A stretch of DNA of 63,844 bases, the filler included, from Chiloscyllium plagiosum (Eukaryota): assembly GCF_004010195.1 (NCBI RefSeq). It is 4 parts of one record of this genome, joined end to end, with 100 filler letters (N's around TTAATTAATTAA, not from the genome) between each part and the next. Parts side by side here need not be neighbours in the genome. Positions count along the whole stretch, not along the records: positions 1 to 28,471 come from NC_057710.1; 3 more parts are not named here. The stretch is one strand, 5' to 3'. The notes below the pieces were generated by a model that was not told the origin of the DNA, searched no databases, and saw nothing but the letters and a program-made list of their open reading frames with translations. Positions within the stretch are counted from its first letter, which is position 1. Every line of letters starts with the position of its first letter. Below are positions 1 through 12,857 of the stretch, in pieces. Made by a program: the position numbers and the translations under genes.

Positions 1-285
1 GTGAACCTTTTTCCGCGTATGGAGTCGGGTATTACAAGAGGGCATAGCTATAAATTAAGGTGGGGGGGGTAGATATAGGACTGAAGTTGGGGTAGGTTCT
101 TCACTCAGCGAGTCGTCAGTTCATGGAATGCCTTGCCAGTAGCAGTGGTGGACTCTCCCTCTTTATGGGCATTTAAGCGGGCATTGGATAGGTATATGGA
201 GGATAGTGGGTTAGTATAGGTTAGGTGGGCTTGGATCGGCGCAACATCGAGGGCCAAAGGGCCTGTACTGCGCTGTATTCTTCTA
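1..285 (+). mobile_element. CR1-clade LINE 3' end (window-truncated)
   Basis: Encodes the ORF2 C-terminus (LFP..TRGH..FFTQRVVSSWNALP..FKRALDRYM), followed by the typical CR1 3'UTR gggccaaagggcctgtactgcgctgta. Confidence 0.85.
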
Positions 286-535
286 GCTACAGAGGTAGTC
301 GATGCACTGATAGTAATCTCCCAGACCTTTAGGTTCTGGAAATGTTTCAGAGGATTAGAAAACTGTCAATGTAATACCGTCATTCAAAACCAGACAGAAA
401 AAGCAAGTAACTATAGTTCAGTTAGCTTGACATCTCTCATTGGGAAAATCTCAAGAGTTTATTACAAAGTATGTATATAGCAGAGCATTTATAAATTCAT
501 AATAAAATCATAATAAAGTCAGCATGGTTTCATGA

Positions 536-1430
536 ACAAAGAAACTTTACAGCGCAGGAACAAGCCCTTCGGCCCTCCAAGCCTGAGCCGATCCAAATCC
601 ACTGTCTAAACCTGTCGCTCAATTCCTAAGCATCTGTATCCCTCTGCTCCGCACCTACTCATGCACCTAACCAGACACATCTTAAATCTACCTTGCCTAC
701 CTCTACTACCTCTGCTGGCAACGTGTTCCAGGCACCTACCACCCTCTGTGTAAAGTACTTGCCACGTGTATCCCCCTTAAATATTTCACCTTTCACCTTG
801 AAAATGTGATCCCTCGTTATTAAATCCTTTATCCTGGGAAAAAGCTTGTCTCTATCAACCCTATATATACCCTTCATGATTTTGTAAACCTCAATCAGGT
901 CCCCTCTCAATCCCCTTTTTTCTAATGAAAATAAACCTAACGTACTCAACCTCTCTTCACAGCTGGCACCTTCCATACTAGGCAACATCCTTGTAAATCT
1001 TCTCTGCACCCTCTCCAAAGCATCCACATCCTTTTGGTAATATGGCGACCAGGACTGTACGTAGTATTCTAAATGCAGCCGAACCAATGTCTTGTACAAT
1101 TTTAACATGACCTGCAAGTTCTTATACTCAATACCCAGTCCAATGAAGGCAAGCATACTATATGCCTTCTTGACCACTCTATCCACCTGTGCAGCAACCT
1201 TCAGGGTACATTGGACCTGAACTCCCAGATCTCTCTGCTCATCAACTTTTCCCAAGGCTCTTTAGTTTACTGTATAATTCGCTCTAGAATTAGACTTGCC
1301 TAAATGCATCACTTCACATTTGCCTGGATTGAACTCCATCTACCACTTCTCTGTCCAACTCTCCAGTCTATCTATATTCTCCTAGCTAGAACACCCTGCA
1401 CACCATGTGACTTCACTTTCTCCATTAGTT
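536..1430 (-). mobile_element. CR1 LINE, 5'-truncated
   Basis: ORF 659-1255 (RDLGVQV..LYKTLVRLHLEY..LERVQRRFTRMLP..TRDH..WNTLP) plus 3'UTR and tail near 536. Confidence 0.9.
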
Positions 1431-1624
1431 AGTTGAAGGTGAAGGTGAAATCATATCTGAGAAATTTATCATACTTCTTTGACAGGGTACCAGGTGGGAG
1501 ATATAAAGAAAAACCAGTAACTGCAATATATTTGGATTTCCAAAAGGCCATTCAATAAGGTAAAACACATAAAGCTTTTTGAGGTAGTATATTAGTATGG
1601 ATAGAGGATTAGCTAGATAGATGG

Positions 1625-2112
1625 AATAAATTCAGAAAATATTTACAAGGATGTTGCCAGTGTTGGAGGATTTGAGCTATATGGAGAGGCTGAACAGGCT
1701 GGGGCTGTTTTCCCTGGAGCATGGGAGGCTGAGGTGTTACCTTGTAGAGGTTTACAAAATTATGAGGGGCATGGATAGGATAAATAGACAAAGTCTTTTC
1801 CCTGGGGTGGGGGATTCCAGAACTAGAGGGGATAGGTTTAGGGTGAGAGGGGAAAGATATAAAAGAGACCTAAAGGGCAACTTTTCACGCAGAGGGTGGT
1901 ACGGGTATGGAATGAGCTGCCAGACGGAGTGGTGGAGGCTGGTACAATTGCAACATTTAAAAGATATTTGGATGGGCATATGAATAGGAAGGGATTGGAG
2001 GGATTTAGGACGGGTGCTGGCAGGTGGGACTAGATTGGTTTGAGATATCTGGCCAGCATGGACAGGTTGGACCGAAGGGTCTGCTTCCATGCTGTACATC
2101 TCTATGACTCTA
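1625..2112 (+). mobile_element. Young CR1 (HER1-like) LINE 3' end
   Basis: ORF 1651-1983 and tail ctctatgactcta. Near-identical to the copies at 20757-21505 and 63465-63844. Confidence 0.9.
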
Positions 2113-2945
2113 AGGGGGACATTTTCAGGAAGGCAACCTGCAACTAGTGGACTGTCACAGTAATCAGTGCTCGAGTCACAATTATTTACAATATATATTA
2201 ATGACTAGGATAATGAGTGAATGTGCTACTGCCAAGTTTATGCATAACACAAAAATAGGTGTGAAGACATATAGTGAGGGTAGTTGTCAAAAACTTCAAA
2301 TGAAATACAATGTGAGAAAATATGAGGTTAAGCACTTTGCAAAACTGCTGGTTTCTGAATAATAAGTAGTTCTGCAGCGAGACTTCTGTTTCTGGTGGAA
2401 ATCCTGCTTCCTATTTATTAACAACCAATAGATCAGCAAATGTGTGTAGGACAGCCTGCGTGCCCCAAGGGTTAATATCCTGACCCAGCTCCATTACTTT
2501 TCAGCCAGGAACAAGGAAGCCAGCATCTCATAATTCAGCCCATTCCTCATCCCTATGTATTTTTGAAGCCCACACCCAAGGTGATTTTCTGCCATCGTCA
2601 CTGTGATACTATTTAAACTCTTCAGGCCAAAATGTTTCCTAACATTACACTCAACAAATTGCAAGGTTCTATTCTTTGCCTTCACACTTCCATGTTAAAC
2701 TAATTTCTCTATTCGTATTTGTCTTCAATTTCATCTTGTTCCAATTAACCAAGACACCTTCAGAATTTTGATAAGTCCAGTTACCCTATTGCTCTCCTCA
2801 GTAATTACAACTTGCCAATTTGTGTATTTGAAAATTTCTATGGCATTTGGTTTAAAGCTGAGGCACGTTGTTAGTTAGTTCACTGTCTGAATTGATTACT
2901 GTTGATTAGTGCAGTTCTCTAACATTCTACATTAGACCAGAACTG

Positions 2946-3230
2946 GGGTGGCATGGTGGCTCAGTGGTTAGCACTGCTACCTTGCAGCACTAGGGACCCA
3001 GGTTCAATTCCAGCCTTGGGTGACTTTCTATGTGGTATTCTTCCTGTGTCTACGTAAGTTTCCTCCCACAATTCAAAGATGTGCAGGTTAGGTGAATTGG
3101 CTGTGCTAAACTGCCCATAGTGTTCAGCAATGTGTAGGTTATGTGCCTGAGTCAGAGGGGAATGGGTCTGGATGGGATATTCTTTGGTGGGTTGGTGTGA
3201 AGGGCCTGTTCCTACTCAGTAGGAGTTCTA
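2946..3230 (+). mobile_element. HE1-type V-SINE
   Basis: tRNA-like head (tggctcagtggttagcactgc; ggttcaattcc), V-domain (tcctcccacaattcaaagatgtgcaggttaggtgaattgg) and CR1-like tail. Confidence 0.85.
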
Positions 3231-3429
3231 AGCCATATCAACCAGCTCTTCCTAATTGATTGCTGTTGAAACAAGTTGTGTTTCTCCTGCTATTATACTT
3301 CAGGGCTTCAAATACACCATGATACATCTCTTACCATGTGAGTGATTTGATTTATTTTTTAATCAGTTTTACCTAATAACATGCTCAAGTCAAAGGTCCA
3401 GCTGTATTCATTATTCTGAAATTTGGAAT

Positions 3430-5590
3430 TTCAGGTCTCGGATAATTTTATACAGGCTGTTGAGAGAAGCCTGGGAACTGTAGACTGACAACACTGACAT
3501 CAGTGATGGATACGTTATTGGGACAGATAGGATTAACAGGCATTTGGAGAGGCATGGACTCATTAGGTATAGACAATACGGCTGTGTATGTGAGAAGTCA
3601 TGTCTCGCCAACTTGACTGAGGTTTTGAGGACGTAACTACTGAAGGTTGTTTTCCAGACTGAATGCCTGTGACCGGTGGTGTTCCACAGAGATCAGTGCT
3701 GGGGGCACTGTTGTTTGCCATTTATATAAAGGAGTTGGATGAGAGTTTAGGAGGCATGGTGAATAACTTTGTGGATGACACCAAAATTTGTGGAATATTC
3801 GAAAGTGAGGAAGATTATCTCAGATTACAAAAAGATCTTAATCAATTGGGCCAATGGGCTGAGGAGTAGTCAATGGAGTTTAATTTGGATAAATGCAAGT
3901 TATTTCATTTTGATAAAACAAACCAGGGCAGGACTTATATGGTTAATGGCAGGACCCTGGGTAGTGTTGTAGAACAGAGGCACCTTAAGGTTCAGGTACA
4001 TAGTTCTTTGAATATTGTGTCACAGGTAGACAGGATGGTTAATAGTGCATTTAGCATGCTTGCCTCCATTGTTCAGACCACACCGAGTATGGAGCTTGAA
4101 TGTTGAGCTTTTGCACAACGTTGGGGAGGGCACATTTGGAGTACTGTGTAAAGTTCTGGTCGCTCTGCTATAGGAAAGATATTGCTAAATTGGACAGGGT
4201 TCAGAAAACATATACCAGAATGTTGCCAGGACTGGAGAGTTCGAGTTATAAACAGAGACTAGGTAGAGTCATAGAGATGTACAGCATGGAAGCAGACCCT
4301 TCGATCCAACCTGTCCATGCCGTCCAGATATCCCAACCCAATCTAGTCCCATCTGCCAGCAACCGGCCCATATACCTCCAAACCCTTCCTATTCCCATCC
4401 AAATGCCTCTTAAACGTTGCAATTGTATCAGTACCCACCACATCCTCTGGCAGCTCATTCCATACACGTACCATCCTCTTTGTGAAAAAGTTGCCCCTTA
4501 GGTCTTTTTCAAGTTTCACAACATCCTTCCGTTAGGAAGGAGACCAGATTTGTACGCAATATTCCAACAATGGCCTAACCAATGTCCTGTACAGCCGCAA
4601 CATGACCTCCCAACTCCTGTACTCAATACTCTGAACAATAAAGGAAAGTATACCTTCTTCACTACCCTATCTACCTGCGACTCAAGGAGCTATGAACCTG
4701 CACTCCAAGGTCCCTTTGTTCAGCCACACTCCCAAGGACCTTACCATAAGTCCTACTAAGATTTGCTTTCCCAAAATGCAGCACCTTGCATTTATCTGAA
4801 TTAAACTCCATCTGCCACTTCTCAGCCCATTGGCCCATCTGGTCAAGATCCTGTTGTAATCAGAGGTAAACTTCTTTGCTGTCCACTACACCTCCAATTT
4901 TGGTATCATCTGTAAACTTACTAACTGTACCTCTTATGCTCACATCCAAATCATTTATGTGAATGACAAAAAGTAGAGGACCGAGCACCGATCCTTGTGG
5001 CACTCCACTGATCGCAGGCCTCCAGTCTGAAAAACAACCCTTCACCACCATCCTGTCTTCTACCTTTGAGCCAGTTCTGTATCCAAATGGCTAGTTCTCC
5101 CTGTATTCCATGAGATCTAACCTTGCTAATCAGTCTCCCATGGGGAACCTTGTCGAACGCCTTACTGAAGTCCATATAGACTGGGATTTCTTTCCACTAG
5201 AGCATGGAAGGTTGAGGGGAGACCTTACTGAGGCTAGTAAAATGTTGTGGGGCATAGATAAGGTAAGTAGCAAAGATCTTTCCCTTGGGTGGGATGATGA
5301 GTTCAAAATTAGGGGGCATTCTTTTAATGTGAGAGGAGAAAGATTTAAAAGGGATCTAAGGGGCAACACTTTCATACAGAGGATGGTTCATACATGGAAT
5401 GAACTACCAGAGAAAGTGACAGATGCAGGTAGTTACCATATTTAAAATATATATGGATAAGAAAATGAATAAGAAAGGTTTAAAGGGATACTGGCCAAAT
5501 GCAGGTAGGTAAGACTAGTTTAATTTGGGAAACTTGGTCAGCATTGCCAAGTTGGACCAAAGGGTCTGTTTCCATGCTGCATGAGTCTAT
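3430..5590 (+). mobile_element. CR1 ORF2 3' half interrupted by an antisense CR1
   Basis: ORFs 3663-4250 (GVPQRSVLG, FVDDTK, HLEYCVKFWS) resume at about 5180 (FPLEHGRLRGDL) and run to the 3'UTR at 5590. Confidence 0.85.
4265..5179 (-). mobile_element. CR1 (HER1-like) LINE with internal deletions, nested in another CR1
   Basis: ORFs 4951-5175 (MDFSKAFDKVPH) and 4860-5051 ([16 protein letters not shown]); tail agagtcatagagatgtacagc at 4265. Confidence 0.85.
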
Positions 5591-6611
5591 TTCTTGTTTT
5601 TGGATACTGTGGTCATGTGCATTACCAACCTGAATTAGATTCATTCAATTTTGTACTTAACATCCTGAATACTGAGCTATATCAAGTTTGCTACAAACTG
5701 TTCTGTCATTCATTTTGACAATCACTGTTCATCATCATCCAGGAAAAGGAAAAAGAAACTGCAAATCCTGCAAATGTACAGGTCAGTTATCCTCCGTAAT
5801 GGGAAAAGGCAGGTAGTGCTATTTTATGTACATATCCTTCATCATGTTGAATGATGAGATAAGCAGTCAATCAAATGCTAAATAGAGAAGCTGTATGAAA
5901 AGATAATCAGTGAAATAACAGACATAAAAATGACAAGTGAGACAGCGGAACAATGAAAAGTGCCTGAAAAAGCCAGTGACAATCTCTATAAAATAATGGA
6001 ACTGGAAAAGGTTCTGTATAATATGATTTATCCAAACAAGCTATTTTCAATGGGCAGAGGTACTTCTACCCAAATATCATGGTCTGAACTTTAGGGAAGG
6101 GCTAGGACATGGCTTGGAGAGGGGGGTTGCTGTAATGCACTGAGGAAGATGTATTGGTAAGCAGCCATCATTTCCTCACAATTACTTCTGCATCAGCAGT
6201 GGAGAAGATCAAGGACAGCATCCACAGGCCAACACAGTCACAAATTAAAGGCCTCTTCACGCTGGCAACACACTGAGACCTGTCTGACTGGCTTGGGGCA
6301 CTCACCTGGATGGCAGGGCAGATGTGGCATCCTCATCTACTGGGCACAGACCCAATTCCAGTGATGCTGCCGAGCAAACTCCAGTCCCAAGAATGTAGCA
6401 TGATATCTAAAGTTTGATAATAATGTTGGCATTTAGACCAATCTCAAAATCTACTTAGGCTCCAGGAGCATTGGGCCAAGAACAAAGCTCAATGTTTGCC
6501 CTCCCCCACACAGCCAGATGTCTGTAATCTTTCCAACAGTTTCAGGTAGCAAATAAATACCAATAATAATCCAGCAAAGGTCCACTCAAAAATAGTATTT
6601 CATTATCAGAC

Positions 6612-6617
6612 TTTATT
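6612..6617 (-). promoter_or_regulatory. Candidate polyadenylation signal (AATAAA) of the APH1 gene
   Basis: tttatt on + lies about 540 nt downstream of the predicted stop, at the end of a repeat-free AT-rich UTR-like stretch. Confidence 0.5.
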
Positions 6618-7155
6618 ATTTAATGCATTGATAAACATGACTCATGATAATGTCAAAATAAATGACTTCAAAGGAAACTGTAATAAAACCCTGGTGTATG
6701 AATTGTTCCAGATCCACAATACACCTTATACATTTACCCTGGGATACTGAGCACTGCATAAACAATTTTCAGAGAGTACCATTTCCAGGTTGTATAAGAA
6801 TTACATTTCTAATTTATAAAAAGCAAAAGCCCATCAGTTACCACAAAACCTAAAATTTCCCATCCCCAATCACTGTGCAATGCTTTGTAATTGCAAACTT
6901 TTCTGTTCAGTAAAAAAAGTTTTCTTCCAACTACCCACACAGAAGCATACGGGCAGTCCCACAAGTGTTGAATAGAAGAACAATGGATTCCTGTCTTCTG
7001 TTTAGAATTGTTCCCTGTAAATAAAATTTGCAATGGTATTGCTTCAACTGTTTTCAAGGCTGCTGTTAGTATTCCAGCACTGTGCAGTTTCTGGCAAGAT
7101 CACATCCTGGAACAGTGGTATGTGTTTCTATCAGGAGCCAGCCTGTGTCGCAATA

Positions 7156-7172
7156 CTATTTGTTTTCCTTAC
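7156..7172 (-). CDS. APH1: Gamma-secretase subunit APH-1, terminal coding exon (C-K-E-N-K-stop); 3'UTR probably extends to about 6595
   Basis: Strong acceptor tctttttctctcctttgcttcAG|gt aag gaa aac aaa TAG. It completes the phase-1 Cys codon left by the previous exon and mirrors the CKD-stop terminal exon of mammalian APH1A short isoform. Confidence 0.7.
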
Positions 7173-7239
7173 CTGAAGCAAAGGAGAGAAAAAGAATGTT
7201 ATCATATTCCTAGCAACAAAAATGCCAGCTCGCTTCAGC

Positions 7240-7630
7240 GGCAGCATCACCTTCAGAGTTAGAAGGTTGTTGGCTCCACCTCCATGTGAACATAGTGTAT
7301 TTCATTGAATATCATTATACAAAAGGATGGCTACATTCTTCAAAGTGTCATTTTTCAGATGCAATTTTACTTTGTAAAAATCAAGTGCCTGTTTGTAGGT
7401 GGATGTAAATGAGATGAAAGTATTTGGAGAACAGGTGTTGTTTTCCTGTGCCCTTAGTCGACATCACTAAGATACATCACCAGATCATTTAAATCAGTAT
7501 ATTTTATTGCACACCTTGATGTCTGCAAACTTGTAACAGCTTCTGCCTACAAACCAAAGTAGCCACCTTTCAAATGTAATGTACTGACCACATAATTTGC
7601 CTTGTCCTCAGAACATGTAAGGTGTTATAA
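7240..7630 (+). mobile_element. Degenerate Deu-domain SINE (SacSINE1/AmnSINE1-like)
   Basis: Residual Deu motifs (tttcagatg..aggtggatgtaaa..acatcactaa..ttcaaatgta..aggtgttataa), recognised by eye. Confidence 0.5.
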
Positions 7631-8309
7631 AAAGATTTTACTCTCTCCCTTTTCTTTGATACTGAGAGGATAGCTTCTAGATTTTCATCTAAACTCTTCA
7701 CTAGCTTCCATTCAAATGTGAAAAGCAGGCCTTTCTCACTTTCTGCTCAGGCATGAGCAATCAAGCTTGTCAGCTGGAGCAAACTACATTAACAGAACAT
7801 TGTCGATCAACAACATATCATACCATCCAAGGACAGGGTATAATAAGAGTCAAGAGGGTCTGGTGAAAATGGGGCCCTTAGAAAAACTAACCATAATGCA
7901 GAAAGACTCCATACAATAAATGGATCAGTTCTATTTAAGCACTGCCTATTGTGATAAAATGTATTTAATTGTTACTGTAATGTTAAAATTCGGTTGGTTG
8001 ATTTCTTCATATACTTCAATTATCATTTTCCTTTGGATGGATCAGAGATGGGGGGGACAACACTGTTCTTCCATATTAGCCAGGTTTCCCCATTACATTT
8101 ATTGGTGCCGAATTTTATCCACCCATCTCATCACTCTCCTTACAACTTGCTTTCCAGCCACATAATAATCCACTATGCCTCCTACCTTAATATTGTCTAC
8201 CATCCAAACCAGTTCCATATCGAAATCACAGATGTACACAATGAATAACAGTTCCAGAAACAAAGTGAGTCGAACACCAGTGCCCATGTAACATACACCA
8301 CAATAAACA

Positions 8310-8522
8310 CAGTAGCATGGTAGTTGTGTTATTGGACTAGTAATCTAGATGTCTAGACTAAATATCTGGAGATGCGAGTTCAAATCAAATTGGGGAATTT
8401 GAAACCAGATTGTTAAATAAATCTGGAATAATTAAAAAAGCTAGCATCATTAATGGCGAGCAGGAAACTGCAAATTATCAGATAAACCCATCTCATTCAT
8501 TAATGCCCTTTAGGGAAGAAAA
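8310..8522 (+). mobile_element. Partial tRNA-derived SINE (second shark SINE family)
   Basis: ggactagtaatctaga..gagttcaaatc..ataaatctggaat..taatgccctttagggaag. Related antisense copies lie at about 24490-25015 and 27740-28000. Confidence 0.55.
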
Positions 8523-9399
8523 TCACAATTGTTACAGCACAGGAACAGACCATTCAGCCTGCTGCCTCTCAGCTTTCCAGATGAGAAAAGCATCTCGCAG
8601 CACCCCGCCTTCTCACCATAACCATGTACATTCATCCCTTTCAGATAATGATTCAATTTCGAATGCCTCGGGTAAACATGCCCCTTCCACAGCTCAGGCA
8701 GTGCACTGAAGATCTTAACCACTTGTTGTGTAAAAGGTTTATTTCATGTTGCTTCTTTTGCCAATTAACCTAAAATGCATGCCCACTTTTTCTTGAATCT
8801 TCCCCAAGCTGGAACAGGTTTTCTCTAACTTCTCTGTCCAGATCCATCATGATTTGAATACCTCTATCAAAACTTCGCTTACACTTCTCCAATTAATACT
8901 GCCCTAATTTCTTAAATATATCTACATTATTAAAGGCCCTTATCCCTGGAACCACTTATTCTTCTTGAATATTACTAATTTTATAGTTAATTATATATCA
9001 TTACTGTATCAATGTAAGCTCACATTTTTAAAAAGTCTGTGATCCATAATGTGACAACTCACTCACCTCATTTATCTCACTATTCATCTTTCTAAAACCT
9101 GCCCTATTTAAATCTAGTGCTCAGTTATCACAACTTTCACTTTCTATTTATACCATAACCCTCATCACATAATCAACACTTAAGAATACTCATCAACATG
9201 TAACTCATTAATTAATGCATTTCTTACATTTAGATCTTATCCCATTCATGACTTGCAGAACTACAAATATATTACTTAAGGAAGATGCTCTGCATGGATC
9301 TTAAGAATTCAACTGCCATCCAACATTTACTCATCCATTATCCATCAATGAATGGATAATTTGTGTTTACAGACTACGTCCCCAGACTATCAACAAATT

Positions 9400-10182
9400 T
9401 CCTTTTTGTTTTTAAAACTTCCTTCTCATAATTAGACAGCAAAGATATAACTGTGAGGAAGAAAGACCCAGGAAGAGGATAAACCATTCAGGGTTAACCA
9501 AGTAAAGGAATATACCAAATTGAAAGAGAAAACATACAACGTGTAGAGTTTCACAAAGGTGGTCTTTTTTTCTAATAGCTATTCCTTTTCTCAAGGATAC
9601 CGTGTCCTTGATTTTCTTTCAAAGGAGTCCTAAAACATACCGGCTCCAAATTGGCTGGGTTTGGTACAGAGATGAAAGGGTATTGGGAGGCCTTTTTGTT
9701 TATATGTAAACAGATGAGACTTTCGGTTAGAGTTTATGTTTTAGAAGTGACCTGTATAATGAAAGTGAATGGTCAGTTCTGGAAGTTAAAGTCTTGGCTG
9801 AGTCAGTTCAGCAGTGGGCTGTGTGGAAACAGGCTGTTAGACTCTCTCTCCTTCTGCCCTTCTAACTTTGACCTGTAAGCTTCTGTTTCAGTTTTACTCT
9901 ATGTTTAAGGGTTTGTTTATTGGGACGGTTATGTATTTTATGAAGAGCATAATTAATTATAGTTTGGCTAGACTGGGTTCTGTGGGCATTCTATATTCTG
10001 TTGCTTGTGTTTCATTCCATGATTTTGTGAACAAATTTTTGTCTTGTTTTAAAACCTGGTAGTCAAACTAGCTAACTGGGTCTAGGTAATTTTCACTGCA
10101 TATTTACTGAAACAAATTGCAAAGTTACAGTCTGGGCTGCCTGCTTAAGAATGTTTTGATTGCTCTGGCTGAGTCCATAACA
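9400..10182 (+). mobile_element. Probable solo LTR (Gypsy/ERV-like); 5' boundary uncertain
   Basis: Non-coding segment of about 780 bp with a T-rich U5-like part ending in the LTR-type terminus ..ccataaca. Confidence 0.45.
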
Positions 10183-10299
10183 AGAGTCATATAATCATAC
10201 AGTCATACAGCACAGAAACAGACCCTTCGATCCAACTCATCCATGCCGACTAAGTTTCCCTAACTAAACTAGTCCCACTTGCCTGCCTTTGGCCTTTAT

Positions 10300-11810
10300 C
10301 CATTACAAAGGATGTAATAGCAGAATATTTATAAATATGTAATAAAATCAAGCATAGTCAGCATGACAACAGAATGGGGAAATCATGACAGTAAAATTTA
10401 TTCCAGTTGTTTGAGGTGGTAATAAGCAGGACAGATAATGGACAAGTCGGTATAATCTTTCAAATTTCCAAAATGTTCAATAAAGTACTGTACATAAAGT
10501 TATTTAATAAGAGCCCATCATTTTGAGGGTAATGGTTTAGTACATTGCTGGATACAGTACACAGTTATATCTTTGCTGTCTAATTATGAGAAGAAAGTTT
10601 TAAAAATAAAAAGGAAATTTGTTGATAGTCTGGGGACATAGTCTGTAAACGTAACAAATTATCCATTGTTCCTGCTCTTAAAAAGAAGAGAAAGGGCATT
10701 GGGTGATTATTTGGAAAGAAATGGTATGCACCATGGGAAAAAGGCAGGAATTTAGAAACAAGGCAATAGAACTGGTACAGGCAAGATGGGCTGAATGTCC
10801 TCCTTCTGTACTGTAACAATTTTGAGATTCTGTAAATAACATAGTTAGAGGATTGTCTGAATAACAAAACACAAAGTTGGTATAAAGGTGGTATTTTCAG
10901 GATAGCAATCTGTAACTAGTGATGTGCCTCAGGGATCAGTGCTGGGGCCACAATTATTTACAACACGTATTAATTACTTTGATCACGCACATCACCAAGT
11001 TTGTGGATGATACAAAAATAGTTGGGAAGGCCAGAAGACAAAGAATCTACAGAGGCATACAGACTGGTGAAGTCAGTGGGCAAAAACTTAGTAAGTGAAA
11101 TGCAATGTGAGAAATGTGAGCTTATGCACTTTGGCAGGAGGAGTAGAAGAGCTGAATACTGCTGCAGCATGGAGGGCTTTGGAGATCCTTGTACATGAAA
11201 CATCAAAACCTAGTATAGAAGTTCAGTAGGCAATTCAGAAGGCATGTAGAACATTGACTTTTATTTCAAAGGGAATGGAGTATAAAATAGGTATATCTTG
11301 TAAAGCTATACAAGGAATACATCAGGTATACTGTAAACAGTTTTGGTCCCTTTATCTGAGGAAAGATATACTGTCAATGCAGGCAGTCCAAAAAATGTTC
11401 ACTAGATTGATCCCAGGCATGGAAGAATTTCTTAGGAAAAGCTGAGTAGGTTAGACTTATAGTCACTGGAGTTATGAGGTTCTTAGGTGGCTTGACAGGA
11501 TTAAGGCAAAATTGTTTCCCTTGTTAGAGTATCGAGGATCAGAGGGTATAAATCAAAATATGGAGTTAAGACAGAGATGAGTATTTTTTTTCTCTCAGCT
11601 AGGGAGTCATGAATTCTTTATCACAGTGGGCTATTGAGGCTGGTATGTTTAGTATATCAGAGGCTGAGACAGACAAATTTCTAAGCATTGAGATAATCAA
11701 GCTTATTGGAGAAGGTAGGAGAGTTGAGGATTATCAGATCAGCCAGACAGGACAGACTCGAAGGGCCAAACAGCCTACTTCTGTTCCTACATCTTATGGT
11801 GTTATCGAGC
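10300..11810 (+). mobile_element. Old degenerate CR1 ORF2 3' half with nested fragment
   Basis: Decayed motifs [32 protein letters not shown] (ORF 11254-11445) and a CR1 3'UTR near 11760-11805. Confidence 0.7.
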
Positions 11811-12857
11811 ATCAGTACTGCAACCCAACTAGATTAACAATCCCTTTTGCCAACCCATCCTTTTTTATATAATCATAAGTACTCTATAAACAACATATTG
11901 CTACCTTTTCTGATATTGCTACTCCTGGCTTTTTTTTCCAGATCCTTTCGATACTGATACTATTAGAGTCAATAATAAAGGGGCATGATCTTAAGGTGAA
12001 AGGAAGGAGGTTTACAGGAGATTTGAGGAAAACAGTTTTCACCCAGAGGGTGGTGAGAGACTGGAATGCACTGCCTGGGAGGGTAGTTGAGATGGAAAAT
12101 GTACTTAGACGAGCACATAAAATGTCATAACATTCAAGGTTATGAGCCATGTGCTAGTAAGTGGCTCTAGTGTAGATTTAGAGTAGTTTTGTCAGTATAT
12201 ACTCAACGGGCTAAAGAGCATCTTCTGTATTCTATGATTCTATAAACTGACCAATTCTTTTTTCACACCTACCAAATTTATAGCCAAGCCTTAGTCCTAA
12301 CAAAATTGTGATATAATTGCTTTCTCACACTCTGACCACCAAGATAAAGGTTCTCTGCCTATTCCGTCTGTATACAATGTCACTTTTCCTTTGAATGTTT
12401 GTTCACACTAAAATTGAATTCCTTTGTTTGTCTTTTCCCTGAAGCCCATTGCAATGTTCCAACTGATATTAGTTTAAGATTAAAACCTTTAACAAGTTCA
12501 GAACAGATTCAATAACATATATTGACCTAATAAGCTGTTGGAGATATTTTCATTTTGAAAAAATATGCAAGACAGTGAAGTTATTAAATATGGGGGACTT
12601 CAGCTATGGGGATAGATTGAGGGAACGGTGATTGTTTTCCTTGGAGGAGATTGAAGGGAGATTTGAAAGGAACACTAAAAATCACAAAATATTTTGACAG
12701 AATAAAGAGTGAGAAACAGTTCCTTTTGAAGTAAAGGATGAGAATCAGTAGACAGGGATTGAGACTTAGTGTTATCCTTACAGAGAGGGGTATGAACACA
12801 ATGGGTCAAATGGCCACCATCTATGCTGTAAACAATCCACAATTCCATACCCAACTG

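Larger units (their letters stand above)
286..2340 (+). mobile_element. Old degenerate CR1 ORF2 (RT) fragment split by two younger CR1 insertions
   Basis: Pieces at about 286-535, 1435-1620 and 2113-2340 give consecutive decayed RT motifs (NVIPSFK, SQHGF, YLDFQKA, WIED). Confidence 0.65.

Noticed and set aside
5743..5781. Possible + strand mini-exon (AG|gaaaagg..tacag|GT)
   Set aside because: Better explained as a decayed antisense Penelope pLTR; no recognisable peptide.
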